From a virus, in the IMG/VR virus record IMGVR_UViG_3300020183_000013, positions 64,001 through 128,000 of that record: a stretch of DNA of 64,000 nucleotides; one strand, 5' to 3'. The notes under the pieces are model-generated. The model saw only the letters and a list, made by a program, of their open reading frames with translations, ran no database searches and was not told the origin of the DNA. Shown in pieces: positions 46,441 to 57,020 of the stretch; the first letter of the stretch is position 1, and every line of letters starts with the position of its first letter. Made by a program: the position numbers and the translations under genes.

Positions 46441-48084
46441 ATGGCTGACCATTATCTAGGCAATCCTCTTCTTAAGAAGGCAAATACTGTTGTTGAATTT
46501 ACTGAAGAACAGGTTCTAGAGTTTGCTAGGTGTCAAGAAGATCCGATCTACTTTGCAAAAAATTATATTCAGATTGTCACATTGGATTATGGTTTACAAC
46601 CATTTAAACCATATCCTTTTCAGGAAACGATGATCGATCGTTTTCATAATCATAGATTTAATGTTTGTAAACTTCCAAGACAGTCTGGAAAGTCAACCAT
46701 CGTTGTTTCTTATCTTTTGCATTACGCAATTTTTAATGATAATGTAAATATTGCAATTCTTGCTAACAAAGCATCGACCGCAAAAGATCTACTAGATAGA
46801 TTGCAAACAGCATATGAAAATCTACCCAAGTGGTTACAGCAAGGTGTGATGACTTGGAACAAAGCTTCTTTGGAGTTGGAAAATGGGTCAAAAATTATTG
46901 CTGCTTCTACTAGCGCCTCTGCGGTACGCGGTGGATCTTATAATATTATATTCCTGGACGAATTTGCGTTTATTCCTAACCACATTGCTGATCAGTTTTT
47001 CAGTTCTGTTTATCCTACTATTTCATCTGGTAAAAACACTAAGGTAATTATTGTTTCTACCCCTCACGGGATGAATCATTTTTACAAAATTTGGCACGAT
47101 GCTGAAAGAAGTAAAAATGAGTATATTCCAACAGATGTTCATTGGTCTGAGGTTCCTGGTAGGGATGAAAAGTGGAAAGCACAAACTATTGCAAACACAT
47201 CAGAACAACAATTTAAGGTTGAGTTTGAGTGTGAATTCTTAGGATCTGTTGATACTTTGATTGCTCCTAGCAAATTGAGAAATCTTGTTTATGAGAATCC
47301 AAAGGCAAGAAATGCTGGATTAGATGTTTTCGATGATCCTATTGAGGAACACGATTACATTATTACTGTTGACGTTGCAAGAGGTGTTGGTAATGACTAC
47401 TCAGCATTTGTTGTAGTAGATATAACTAAATATCCACACGAAATAGTTGCAAAATATAGAAATAATGAAATAAAACCGATGCTTTTTCCAAGCATCATTC
47501 ACGACATAGCAAAAAGTTATAATAACGCTTATATTTTATGCGAAGTAAATGATATTGGAGATCAGGTTGCAAGTATTATTCAATATGATTTGGAATATAA
47601 TAATTTACTTATGTGCTCAATGAGGGGCAGGGCGGGGCAAATTGTTGGTCAAGGATTTTCTGGAAAGAAAACTCAACTTGGTGTAAAAATGTCTAAGACT
47701 GTTAAAAAAGTTGGATGCTTAAACTTAAAGACTTTAATCGAAGAAGAAAAGTTACTGTTTAAAGACTACGACATTATAAGTGAACTTACTACGTTTATTC
47801 AAAAAAACAATTCATTTGAAGCGGAAGATGGTTGCAATGACGATCTTGCAATGTGTTTAGTAATCTATTCTTGGTTAGTAGTTCAAGACTACTTCAAAGA
47901 ACTTACTGATCAAGATGTAAGAAAAAGATTATATGAAGAGCAGAAAAATCAAATTGAGCAAGATATGGCTCCATTTGGATTTGTAGTGGACGGTACTGAA
48001 GATAGTAGTTTCATAGATGAAACTGGTGAAAGATGGTTCACTGACGAATATGGCGATATGTCATATATGTGGGACTATGTTTAA
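46441..48084 (+). CDS. gp17: Terminase large subunit gp17
   Basis: YLGNPLLK, Walker A PRQSGKS, Walker B IIFLDEFAF, DVARG, NDDLAM. Confidence 0.97.
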   Translation: MADHYLGNPLLKKANTVVEFTEEQVLEFARCQEDPIYFAKNYIQIVTLDYGLQPFKPYPFQETMIDRFHNHRFNVCKLPRQSGKSTIVVSYLLHYAIFNDNVNIAILANKASTAKDLLDRLQTAYENLPKWLQQGVMTWNKASLELENGSKIIAASTSASAVRGGSYNIIFLDEFAFIPNHIADQFFSSVYPTISSGKNTKVIIVSTPHGMNHFYKIWHDAERSKNEYIPTDVHWSEVPGRDEKWKAQTIANTSEQQFKVEFECEFLGSVDTLIAPSKLRNLVYENPKARNAGLDVFDDPIEEHDYIITVDVARGVGNDYSAFVVVDITKYPHEIVAKYRNNEIKPMLFPSIIHDIAKSYNNAYILCEVNDIGDQVASIIQYDLEYNNLLMCSMRGRAGQIVGQGFSGKKTQLGVKMSKTVKKVGCLNLKTLIEEEKLLFKDYDIISELTTFIQKNNSFEAEDGCNDDLAMCLVIYSWLVVQDYFKELTDQDVRKRLYEEQKNQIEQDMAPFGFVVDGTEDSSFIDETGERWFTDEYGDMSYMWDYV

Positions 48085-48311
48085 TGGATGTAGATGATCA
48101 ATTTGAATTGGAACATTTATATTTGTCAGAAAGAAAATGTAAGTCCTGTGGACAAGTCAAAGATTTAATTGATGGATTTTATAGAATGCGAAAAAATAAA
48201 TATCAGTTGTCTTCCTATTCTTATGAGTGTAAAAGTTGCGCTATAAAAAGAGTTTCAGAATCTAGAAGAAATAAATCAGTGTCTTTTGTGTCAGAATACC
48301 CTGACTGGTGA
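48084..48311 (+). CDS. Small zinc-finger protein
   Basis: CKSC...FY...ECKSC; resembles the N-terminal Zn module of EndoVII-type nucleases. Confidence 0.7.
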   Translation: MDVDDQFELEHLYLSERKCKSCGQVKDLIDGFYRMRKNKYQLSSYSYECKSCAIKRVSESRRNKSVSFVSEYPDW

Positions 48312-48350
48312 TGTTCGTGCATTGTTTCTGCATATGAAATAACCCCTTTT

Positions 48351-48358
48351 TATAAATA
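48351..48358 (+). promoter_or_regulatory. Late promoter
   Basis: Exact TATAAATA upstream of gp18. Confidence 0.8.
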
Positions 48359-48390
48359 ATTTCAGATAAACTGAGATTAGGAGAAATTAA

Positions 48391-50589
48391 ATGGCGACTC
48401 CTCAATTGTCTCCCGGCGTACTTATCCGTGAGGTTGATTTAACAGTAGGAAGAGCTGATAATGTACTGGATAATATCGGTGCAATTGCTGGTCCCTTTGC
48501 TATTGGTCCAGTAGATGAACCAATTGATATTACCACAGAAAACGAACTCATTAATGTTTTCGGTAAGCCTTTATCAACCGATGCCCAATATGAATATTGG
48601 ATGAGTGCATCCTCATTCCTTTCATATGGTGGTGTACTTAAGGTTGTAAGAACTAATGGTGACAATCTAGTTAACGCTAATGCTATTCGCAACGCAGCAG
48701 GCGTTTCAACCGCTGGAGAACCAGCATTAAAGATCAAGAACTTTGATGATTATGAAGCAAATTATGCTGATGATATTGCAAACTATATTTTTGCAGCAAA
48801 AACCCCAGGTGCTTGGTCAAATAACCTTAAAGTTTGTGTAATTGACGACAAGGCAGACCAAATTCTTCACGTTGGTGCTGCTGCAACCGCAATGGCACAA
48901 GTTGGTTTTGCAGTAACAACAGCATTGACTAATGTAGTTTCAACAGGAATTGGAACCACATCTCTCTTTAACGGTTATTTAAAGGGAATAATTACTGGAG
49001 TTGGTGCTAGCACTCTTGATGTTAAGATTGATTCCTTAGTTTCTTCCAATGGAACAGTAACAAAGGTTTCATATGCACCTAAAACACAGTTACAGTCATT
49101 TAAACCAGCAACTCCTGGTGGAACTTTAACTGTAAGTGTTGTTACCAACGCTGGAGTAGGAACTACAACAGCAAGTATTAACACTGGTTCTAACCCAATT
49201 TTAGACTGGTATGATAACCAAGTCCTACAACTAGAGAACACAGCAATTTACTGGAAGTCTATTGCTCCAAAACCAGGAACTTCTGCTTACACTACAGAAA
49301 GAAACGGTAAGAGCGATGAAATCCACATTGCAATCATTGACGATCTGGGAACGGTAACAGGTATTCAAGGAAACCTTGTAGAAAAGCATATTGGTCTTTC
49401 CAAGGCTCTAGATGCAGTTTCTGCAGTTAACTCACCACAAAAGATCTGGTGGAAGAACTACCTTGCACTATATTCAAACTATGTTTATGTTGGAGACAAC
49501 CCTTCAGATGATCTAAATGTAAATGAAGATGTTGTTCCTACTGGATTCAGCACCGCATTTACCGCATATACCACAACTCAAGGTTTGTGGAATGAAGTTG
49601 CACAAGACAAGGTTTACAGTGCATTAGGTAACGTAACCTATAAACTAACTGGAGGAAAGGACTATTCCGATCAAGGCGGAATGGTAGCTACTCTTGGTGA
49701 TCTAATCACTTCATACAATCTATTCTCAAATAGAGATGAAGTTCCTCTAGATTACCTGATTATGGGTCCTGGATTAACTAATAAGTTTGAATCACAAGCG
49801 AAAGCAAATCAACTTATTTCTATTGCAAATTCAAGAAAAGACTGTGTAGCAGTAATTTCTCCACACAGAGCTGACGTTGTTGACATTACTAACTCTGACA
49901 CACAAACTGACAACATTCTTGAGTTCTTCTCACCACTTTCATCAACATCATATGCTATCTTTGATAGTGGTTATAAGTACACCTACGATAGGTTTAATAA
50001 CAGGTTCCGTTATATTCCCTGCAATGCGGACGTTGCTGGTCTTTGTGTGAGAACTTCCATCTTTGCATATCCTTGGTTCTCACCTGCAGGACAGCAAAGA
50101 GGAATCTTAAACAATGCAATCAAACTTGCATACAATCCAAATAAGGCGCAGAGAGATCAACTTTATCCACAGAGAATTAATTCTATCGTGAACCAACCTG
50201 GAATTGGTATTCTTCTCTTCGGAGATAAGACTGCTCTGGGTTATGCTTCTGCTTTCGATAGAATTAATGTTCGCCGCCTGTTCCTGACCGTTGAGCAAGC
50301 ACTCGAAAGAACTGCTCAAGCACAACTGTTCGAATTGAATGATGAAATCACTAGAGCAAACTTTGTAAACATTGTTGAACCATATCTCCGCGACGTTCAG
50401 GCAAAGAGAGGTCTCTATGGTTTCCTCGTAAAATGTGACGCATCAAATAACACTCCTGACGTAATTGATAATAATGAATTCAGAGCTGATATCTTCCTGA
50501 AACCAGCTAAATCAATTAACTATGTGACTCTGACCTTCGTGGCAACTAGAACGGGAGTAAGTTTTGAAGAAGTTGCTGGCACAGTTTGA
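48391..50589 (+). CDS. gp18: Tail sheath protein gp18
   Basis: SPGVLIREVDLT, PWFSPAG..RG, AFDRINVRRLF. Confidence 0.97.
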   Translation: MATPQLSPGVLIREVDLTVGRADNVLDNIGAIAGPFAIGPVDEPIDITTENELINVFGKPLSTDAQYEYWMSASSFLSYGGVLKVVRTNGDNLVNANAIRNAAGVSTAGEPALKIKNFDDYEANYADDIANYIFAAKTPGAWSNNLKVCVIDDKADQILHVGAAATAMAQVGFAVTTALTNVVSTGIGTTSLFNGYLKGIITGVGASTLDVKIDSLVSSNGTVTKVSYAPKTQLQSFKPATPGGTLTVSVVTNAGVGTTTASINTGSNPILDWYDNQVLQLENTAIYWKSIAPKPGTSAYTTERNGKSDEIHIAIIDDLGTVTGIQGNLVEKHIGLSKALDAVSAVNSPQKIWWKNYLALYSNYVYVGDNPSDDLNVNEDVVPTGFSTAFTAYTTTQGLWNEVAQDKVYSALGNVTYKLTGGKDYSDQGGMVATLGDLITSYNLFSNRDEVPLDYLIMGPGLTNKFESQAKANQLISIANSRKDCVAVISPHRADVVDITNSDTQTDNILEFFSPLSSTSYAIFDSGYKYTYDRFNNRFRYIPCNADVAGLCVRTSIFAYPWFSPAGQQRGILNNAIKLAYNPNKAQRDQLYPQRINSIVNQPGIGILLFGDKTALGYASAFDRINVRRLFLTVEQALERTAQAQLFELNDEITRANFVNIVEPYLRDVQAKRGLYGFLVKCDASNNTPDVIDNNEFRADIFLKPAKSINYVTLTFVATRTGVSFEEVAGTV

Positions 50590-50621
50590 TTTTTAAATAA
50601 ACTTAACAGGAGATTAAACCA

Positions 50622-51236
50622 ATGGCACAAATCAGAAGTCTTTCCGAATTTAAAACTAAATTGAGTGGTGGCGGTGTTCGCCCAAATCTATTTGAAGTCA
50701 CTTTGCCATCGCTTCCTCCAGGAGTACAACCTCAGATTGGAGTTCAGGGTGACGGTGATGGGGTATATGATGCACAAAAGTTTCCATTTTTATGTAAAGC
50801 AGCTGCTCTTCCCGCTTCTAACATTGCACCAATTGATGTGCCCTTTAGAGGTCGTATCTTAAAGGTAGCTGGTGACAGAACCTTTGATACTTGGACTATC
50901 ACTGTTATTAATGATGAAGACTTTATGTACAGAAGAGTATTTGAGTCTTGGATGCAAAACATTGCTCAGTATTCGGATCACAGCGGTCTCACCGAACCCA
51001 ATTCATATATGACAAGTGCTACAGTGAGACAGTTGGGTCGTGGTGCTGTTAATTCAGAAGTTGGTAAAGGAAGTGGTGGAAATGCAAACATACTTGCTCA
51101 ATATGAGTTTGTAGACATTTTCCCAACTAACATTTCACAGATTGATTTATCTTATGATACTTCTGATACTATAGAAGAATTTACTGTGGAATTCCAAGTT
51201 CAGTTCTGGTATCCTACCGCTCCAAAAGAATCATAA
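50622..51236 (+). CDS. gp19: Tail tube protein gp19
   Basis: GGG.RPNLFEV, VPFRGR.LKVAGDRTF..W, IEEFTVEF. Confidence 0.96.
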   Translation: MAQIRSLSEFKTKLSGGGVRPNLFEVTLPSLPPGVQPQIGVQGDGDGVYDAQKFPFLCKAAALPASNIAPIDVPFRGRILKVAGDRTFDTWTITVINDEDFMYRRVFESWMQNIAQYSDHSGLTEPNSYMTSATVRQLGRGAVNSEVGKGSGGNANILAQYEFVDIFPTNISQIDLSYDTSDTIEEFTVEFQVQFWYPTAPKES

Positions 51237-51239
51237 ATA
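51232..51239 (+). promoter_or_regulatory. Late promoter
   Basis: CATAAATA upstream of gp20. Confidence 0.6.
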
Positions 51240-51264
51240 TTAGAATAGAAGTTAAACTTTAATA

Positions 51265-52956
51265 ATGGCAAAACTCTTTGGATTTTCAATTGAGGATAAT
51301 CAATCCCAATCTCCTGGCGTAGTATCCCCCGTTCCTCAAAATAATGAGGACGGGGTTGATCATTACTTAACGTCAGGATTTTTTGGTTCATATGTAGATA
51401 TTGAAGGTGTTTATAGAACTGAATTTGATTTGATAAAAAGATATCGTGAAATGGCTCTTCACCCAGAAGTTGATAGCGCCATTGAAGATATTATTAGTGA
51501 GGCTATCGTATCAGATACTTATGATAGTCCTATTGAAATTGAACTTTCAAATTTGAATGCAAGTGATGGTATCAAAAGAAAGATTAGAGAAGAATTTAAG
51601 CATATCTTAGATTTATTAGATTTTGACAAGAAAGCACACGAGATCTATAGAAATTGGTATATTGACGGTAGATTGTATTATCATAAAGTAATCGATCTCA
51701 AAAATCCCCAAGAGGGAATCCAAGAACTTCGATACATCGACGCATTAAAGATGCGTTATGTACGTCAACAAAAAAAGAATTCGAAAGAAAATAATTCAAT
51801 TAAAATTGGAGGAATTGGAGTTCAAAATCCAGAGGACTATATGTTCCCTGAGATTGAAGAGTATTTTCAATACAATCCAAAACTTGCAACAACAGCTGGC
51901 GCGACAGGTATGTCAAATCAGTCTGTTGGTGGCGGAATCAAAATTGCAAAAGACGCAATTACATATTGCACGTCAGGTTTGGTAGATAGAAATAAAGGAA
52001 CAGTTCTTTCATATCTCCATAAAGCAATTAAGTCTCTCAATCAACTTCGTATGATTGAAGATTCTTTGGTCATCTATCGTTTGTCAAGGGCTCCAGAAAG
52101 AAGAATTTTCTATATTGATGTAGGTAATCTTCCAAAAGTAAAGGCAGAACAATATCTACGTGATGTTATGATGCGTTATCGTAATAAACTAGTTTATGAT
52201 GCATCAACTGGAGAAATTCGGGATGATAAGAAATTTATGAGTATGCTTGAGGATTTCTGGTTGCCTCGCCGTGAAGGTGGTAGAGGAACTGAAATCTCAA
52301 CTTTACCTGGTGGACAAAATCTTGGTGAAATTACTGACATTAATTATTTCCAGAAAAAATTATACAAGTCTCTGAATGTACCTTCATCTAGAATTGAAGG
52401 CGAAGGTGGATTTAACCTAGGAAGATCTTCAGAAATTCTACGTGATGAACTTAAGTTTACTAAATTTGTAGGACGCTTGAGAAAGCGTTTTGCAAATATG
52501 TTTAATGATATGTTGAGAACACAGTTGCTTCTCAAAAATATTATTACCCCAGAAGATTGGGAAAAAATGAGTGAGCATATTCAATATGATTTCTTATATG
52601 ACAACCATTTCTCCGAACTAAAGGATGCAGAACTCCTAACAGAAAGACTAAATCTAGTAGCAACTGCGGAACCTTATGTTGGTAAGTACTACTCGCAAGA
52701 TTATATTAGACGCAAAATTTTACGTCAGACTGATCAAGAAATTGTTGAACAAGATGTACTTATTCAGAAAGAAATTGATGATGGGGTAATTCCAGATCCA
52801 AATGCACCTATTGACCCAGCAACAGGACAACCAATGGAACCTGGAATGGATTTGGGTCAACCAGTAGTTGAACCAGATTTAGAATCACAAGGTAATGCAA
52901 CAGTTGCTGATGGAAAATCTGCAGAAATGAAAACCCCTAAGGGTGGAGAGATATAA
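51265..52956 (+). CDS. gp20: Portal vertex protein gp20
   Basis: YRLSRAPERRIFYIDVGNLPK, EDFWLPRREGGRGTEI. Confidence 0.98.
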   Translation: MAKLFGFSIEDNQSQSPGVVSPVPQNNEDGVDHYLTSGFFGSYVDIEGVYRTEFDLIKRYREMALHPEVDSAIEDIISEAIVSDTYDSPIEIELSNLNASDGIKRKIREEFKHILDLLDFDKKAHEIYRNWYIDGRLYYHKVIDLKNPQEGIQELRYIDALKMRYVRQQKKNSKENNSIKIGGIGVQNPEDYMFPEIEEYFQYNPKLATTAGATGMSNQSVGGGIKIAKDAITYCTSGLVDRNKGTVLSYLHKAIKSLNQLRMIEDSLVIYRLSRAPERRIFYIDVGNLPKVKAEQYLRDVMMRYRNKLVYDASTGEIRDDKKFMSMLEDFWLPRREGGRGTEISTLPGGQNLGEITDINYFQKKLYKSLNVPSSRIEGEGGFNLGRSSEILRDELKFTKFVGRLRKRFANMFNDMLRTQLLLKNIITPEDWEKMSEHIQYDFLYDNHFSELKDAELLTERLNLVATAEPYVGKYYSQDYIRRKILRQTDQEIVEQDVLIQKEIDDGVIPDPNAPIDPATGQPMEPGMDLGQPVVEPDLESQGNATVADGKSAEMKTPKGGEI

Positions 52957-52959
52957 ATA
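52952..52959 (+). promoter_or_regulatory. Late promoter
   Basis: Exact TATAAATA at the end of gp20. Confidence 0.7.
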
Positions 52960-52986
52960 GCAGAAGATTTTCAATCTACAATTACT

Positions 52987-53154
52987 ATGGACGAATTAAT
53001 GGATATAATTGTGGCTGACGAGTCACCGTCACAAATTAGCGATAAAATCAAAGATCTTCTATTTTCAAAAGCCGCAGAAAAGGTTGATTCATTCAGACCA
53101 GCCGTTGCAGCGACTCTATTTGGTGAAGAGGAAGAAGAAACCGAAGAGGAATAA
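52987..53154 (+). CDS. Small acidic protein at the prohead-core gp67 position (55 aa)
   Basis: MDELMDIIVADESPSQISDKIKDLLF...EEEEETEEE; synteny after gp20. Confidence 0.7.
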   Translation: MDELMDIIVADESPSQISDKIKDLLFSKAAEKVDSFRPAVAATLFGEEEEETEEE

Positions 53155-53156
53155 AA

Positions 53157-53282
53157 ATGAAATCATTCAAGCAATTTATATCTGAATCGGTTAATATTGC
53201 TGGTGATTTTACAGGAAATCTTTATATTAATTCTCAACCAGAACAACCACAACAAGTTGGTGAGAGTTATGTTGCTAATTAA
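53157..53282 (+). CDS. Short ORF with capsid-targeting-like N-terminus, possibly truncated (41 aa)
   Basis: MKSFKQFISESVNIAGDF...VGESYVAN. Confidence 0.5.
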   Translation: MKSFKQFISESVNIAGDFTGNLYINSQPEQPQQVGESYVAN

Positions 53283-53332
53283 GAACGAATTATAAGAAAT
53301 AATAAATAACTTATAAGGTCTTTATTATACCA

Positions 53333-53599
53333 ATGCAAAGAACAAAAATAATTGAAACTGAAGTTGCTACAAGCACAACGGCTGGGACTGCAACTAGCAT
53401 TAGTAGTGCTAGTTGTGTGAGACTTCATAATAATACTGCAGGTATAGTTACTGTTGGTGTTTCGACTGTAGTTGGAGCAGCATCTACTAATTATTTTTCA
53501 ATGCCTGCGAGTTCGATTGAATTTTTAGAAAAACTTCCATCTGATGTTATTTGGACATCTTCAGCAATTAAGGCATCAAAAGTAGGACTTACCAACTAA
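53333..53599 (+). CDS. Conserved hypothetical virion-module protein
   Basis: 88 aa, Ser/Thr-rich; AATAAATA late promoter at 53301. Confidence 0.7.
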   Translation: MQRTKIIETEVATSTTAGTATSISSASCVRLHNNTAGIVTVGVSTVVGAASTNYFSMPASSIEFLEKLPSDVIWTSSAIKASKVGLTN

Positions 53600-53603
53600 A
53601 ACA

Positions 53604-54254
53604 ATGAAACTAATCAGAGAAGAAATCGAAAAAGTAGAAGTTCTCACTGAAGAATCTGATGGTAAAAAATCTCTTTTTATTAAAGGAATTTTTCTTCAGG
53701 CTGAACAGGTAAACAGAAACGGTAGAGTATACCGTATGCCTGTAATGGAAAGAGAAGTTAACCGATACAATGAGCAGTATGTTCAAAAAGGTCGTGCTCT
53801 AGGAGAACTTGGCCACCCAGATGGTCCAACAGTTAACTTGGATAGAGTTTCTCACAAGATTGTAGAACTTCAACGTGAAGGTAACAACTTCATTGGTAAG
53901 GCTCAAATCCTGTCAACTCCAATGGGAAAGATTGCAGAATCTCTTTTAAGTGATGGAGTAACTCTTGGTGTTTCTTCTCGTGGAATTGGTTCATTGAGAG
54001 AAACCAGAGAAGGATATAAGGAAGTTGGTGAAGACTTTATGCTTGCAACTGCTGCTGATATCGTAGCAGATCCTTCCGCTCCTGACGCTTTTGTTCAGGG
54101 AATTATGGAAGGAAAGGAATGGATTTGGGATGGTGGTGTTCTACGTGAAAAACTTGCCGAGAACACTAGAAGAAGAATTAACACTTTAGTTGATCAAAGA
54201 AAACTTGAAGAGCATAAAATTAAACTCTTCAACGATTTCTTAAATTCACTATAA
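53604..54254 (+). CDS. gp21: Prohead protease gp21
   Basis: NRNGRVY, ALGELGHP, LGVSSRG.GS, DIVADPSAPDA. Confidence 0.97.
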   Translation: MKLIREEIEKVEVLTEESDGKKSLFIKGIFLQAEQVNRNGRVYRMPVMEREVNRYNEQYVQKGRALGELGHPDGPTVNLDRVSHKIVELQREGNNFIGKAQILSTPMGKIAESLLSDGVTLGVSSRGIGSLRETREGYKEVGEDFMLATAADIVADPSAPDAFVQGIMEGKEWIWDGGVLREKLAENTRRRINTLVDQRKLEEHKIKLFNDFLNSL

Positions 54255-54273
54255 TTAGTGTAATTTATCATAT

Positions 54274-54281
54274 TATAAATA
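54274..54281 (+). promoter_or_regulatory. Late promoter
   Basis: Exact TATAAATA upstream of gp22. Confidence 0.8.
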
Positions 54282-54317
54282 AATATAGATTTAATAAAGG
54301 TAAATCGGAGAGTTCAA

Positions 54318-55499
54318 ATGTCTCGTGGTACACAATTACAAGAAATGGAAGTAGGCACAAAGCAATCCAAAACTGCCGTTAATGTTAATGCTAAGGCAGC
54401 AGATCCAATGCCTAAGGCTGGAAGCAATGCTTCTAATGTAATGGTTGATGGTCAAACTGGCAGTTGGGAAGATCTTGGAGGTCCTACTCCAGACAACTAC
54501 AGACCAGATGATGAGTCTGCTCATCTCAAAACACCCGGTGCAGCACTTAAGCAAGTTAAGAATGTTGTAACTAAGGGTGCTAAAGCAGCAGATGCAATGG
54601 GTCACTTAAAGCCTGGTGCTGTTAAGGAAGAAGAAGATTATGAGGATGAGGATCTTGTTGATGAAGAAGAACTCGAAGATGAAGAGGTAGTTTCCGAAGC
54701 CGAGGAAAAGGAAGAGGATGAAGATGAAGAGGATGAAGATGAAGAGGATGAAGAAGAAATGAAGGAAGAGTTTGACATCGATGAAGATGTCAATGCACTT
54801 CTTTCTGGTGAAGAACTCTCCGAAGAATTCCAAGAGAAAGCGAAAACTATTTTCGAAGCTGCTCTCAGAAGTAAGGTTTCCGATATTAAAGAAACTTTAG
54901 AAGTTCAATATGAAGAGCGCCTTATTGAAGAGGTTGCTGAAATTAAGACCGTTCTTGAAGAGCGTGTCGATGCATACCTAGAGTATGTTGCCGAAGAATG
55001 GATGACCGAGAATCAACTAGCAGTTGAGCAAGGTCTGAAGGAAGAACTCTCAGAGTCATTCCTCTCAGGTCTGAAAGGTCTTTTTGAAGAACATTATGTA
55101 ACAATCCCTGAAGAAAAATATGATATACTCCATAGCATGGTAGAAAAACTTGATGAAATGGAAGAAAAACTCAACGAGCAAATTGAGAAAAATATCCATC
55201 TGAACAAGCGTCTCGCAGAGTCGGTTGCAGAAGGAATCTTTGATGAGATTTCTGAGGGTCTAGCACTTTCTCAGAAAGATAAGCTCGCTTCACTTGCCGA
55301 AAGTGTTGAGTTTGAAAGTGAGGCACAATATCGTGAAAAACTGGAAACTCTGAAGGAATCATATTTTCCTTCAAAGGCAGTTTCTCCAAAGGCAAAAACT
55401 GAAACTCTTTCTGAAGGAGTAGACGTTGCTCCTGAGTATTACTCAGATTCAATGAATGCTTATCTAAAAGCTCTTTCAGTTACTTCGCCCAAAAACTGA
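54318..55499 (+). CDS. gp22: Prohead core scaffold gp22
   Basis: Acidic coiled coil; LSEEF.EKAKTIFEAA, YL.YVAEEW..EN; lies between gp21 and gp23. Confidence 0.93.
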   Translation: MSRGTQLQEMEVGTKQSKTAVNVNAKAADPMPKAGSNASNVMVDGQTGSWEDLGGPTPDNYRPDDESAHLKTPGAALKQVKNVVTKGAKAADAMGHLKPGAVKEEEDYEDEDLVDEEELEDEEVVSEAEEKEEDEDEEDEDEEDEEEMKEEFDIDEDVNALLSGEELSEEFQEKAKTIFEAALRSKVSDIKETLEVQYEERLIEEVAEIKTVLEERVDAYLEYVAEEWMTENQLAVEQGLKEELSESFLSGLKGLFEEHYVTIPEEKYDILHSMVEKLDEMEEKLNEQIEKNIHLNKRLAESVAEGIFDEISEGLALSQKDKLASLAESVEFESEAQYREKLETLKESYFPSKAVSPKAKTETLSEGVDVAPEYYSDSMNAYLKALSVTSPKN

Positions 55500-55541
55500 A
55501 ATTAACATTAAACAAACACACTTTTAAAGAGGTAAACGCAA

Positions 55542-56957
55542 ATGTTCAATAACGAGCATCTGCAGGAAAAGTGGGCTCCCCTTCTGAACTATGAGGGTCT
55601 TGATCCTATCAAAGATTCACACAGAAGAGCTGTAACCGCTGTCCTGCTCGAAAACCAAGAGAAATTCCTTAGAGAGGAGCAATCCTTTGCACAGTCAGGT
55701 TCATTCCTGACCGAAGCTCCAACCAACTCTGCTAACGGCACTGGTGCTGGTGGTGGTTTTGGTGGTGGTGCAACCGCTGGCGGTCCTGTAGCAGGTTTCG
55801 ACCCTGTTCTGATCTCTCTGATCCGCCGTGCAATGCCCAACCTGGTCGCATATGACCTGGCTGGCGTTCAACCAATGAACGGTCCTACTGGACTGATTTT
55901 CGCAATGCGTTCACGCTACACCAACCAGTCTGGCGCTGAAGCACTGTTCAACGAAGCAGATACTCGCTTCTCTGCACAGAACGCAACTAACACCCTGACT
56001 CAGGGTAGCGACTACGCTGGTGGTGCTGGTATCGGTACTACCGCTGCTCAGAGCGGAACCAACCCTGGTCTGCTGAATGCTGCAGCTGCAACCCCATACA
56101 CCCTGAGTGGTGGTATGCACACTGGTGACGCTGAGAACCTCGGTTCCAGTGTTGCATTCAACGAGATGGCATTCTCAATCGAGAAAGTCACCGTTACTGC
56201 AAAGTCACGCGCTCTGAAGGCTGAGTACTCACTTGAGCTCGCTCAAGACCTCAAGGCGATTCACGGTCTGAATGCTGAGGCAGAACTTGCCAACATTCTT
56301 TCAACCGAGATCCTCGCTGAAATCAACCGCGAAGTTATCCGTACCATCTATAACGTTGCTGAAGCTGGTGCTCAGGCAAACGTTGCTACTGCTGGTACTT
56401 TTGACCTCGACGTTGATTCAAACGGTCGTTGGTCTGTTGAGAAGTTCAAGGGTCTCCTGTTCCAAATCGAGCGTGATGCTAACGCAATCGCACAAAGAAC
56501 TCGTAGAGGAAAAGGTAACATCATCCTATGCTCCGCTGACGTTGCTTCAGCACTGAGTATGGCTGGTGTTCTTGATTACACCCCTGCACTCAACGCTAAC
56601 CTGAACGTTGATGACACTGGTAACACCTTCGCAGGTACTCTGCTTGGTAAGTTCCGCGTCTACATCGACCCATATGCTGCAAACGTAGATTCTAACCAGT
56701 ATTACGTTGTTGGTTATAAGGGTTCTTCACCTTATGACGCAGGTCTGTTCTATTGCCCATACGTTCCTCTCCAAATGGTTCGTGCCGTTGGCGAGAACAC
56801 CTTCCAGCCAAAAATCGGCTTTAAGACTCGTTATGGCATTGTTGCTAACCCATTCGCTGAAGGCGGTCTCTCCTCTGGAGCTGCTACCTCACTGGGTAAA
56901 CTCAATGCAAGTGCAAACCGTTACTACAGAAGAGTTCTCGTTAAGAACCTTATGTGA
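55542..56957 (+). CDS. gp23: Major capsid protein gp23
   Basis: GVQPM.GPTGLIFAMR, KSRALKAEYSLELAQDLKAIHG, FQPKIGFKTRYG. Confidence 0.99.
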   Translation: MFNNEHLQEKWAPLLNYEGLDPIKDSHRRAVTAVLLENQEKFLREEQSFAQSGSFLTEAPTNSANGTGAGGGFGGGATAGGPVAGFDPVLISLIRRAMPNLVAYDLAGVQPMNGPTGLIFAMRSRYTNQSGAEALFNEADTRFSAQNATNTLTQGSDYAGGAGIGTTAAQSGTNPGLLNAAAATPYTLSGGMHTGDAENLGSSVAFNEMAFSIEKVTVTAKSRALKAEYSLELAQDLKAIHGLNAEAELANILSTEILAEINREVIRTIYNVAEAGAQANVATAGTFDLDVDSNGRWSVEKFKGLLFQIERDANAIAQRTRRGKGNIILCSADVASALSMAGVLDYTPALNANLNVDDTGNTFAGTLLGKFRVYIDPYAANVDSNQYYVVGYKGSSPYDAGLFYCPYVPLQMVRAVGENTFQPKIGFKTRYGIVANPFAEGGLSSGAATSLGKLNASANRYYRRVLVKNLM

Positions 56958-56976
56958 TCACGGTTCACATTTTTCT

Positions 56977-57001
56977 GGGGGTCCGAAAGGACCCCTTTTT
57001 T
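56977..57001 (+). terminator. Rho-independent terminator after gp23
   Basis: GGGGTCC-GAAA-GGACCCC plus T6. Confidence 0.9.
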
Positions 57002-57020
57002 ATTCTAAATAGTTAAAAAA

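Noticed and set aside
48084-48311. Active homing endonuclease
   Set aside because: Only a Zn-finger-like module is present; no HNH or EndoVII catalytic motif
54620-54790. GAA/GAT-rich tandem-like repeat
   Set aside because: Encodes the ordinary acidic linker of scaffold gp22
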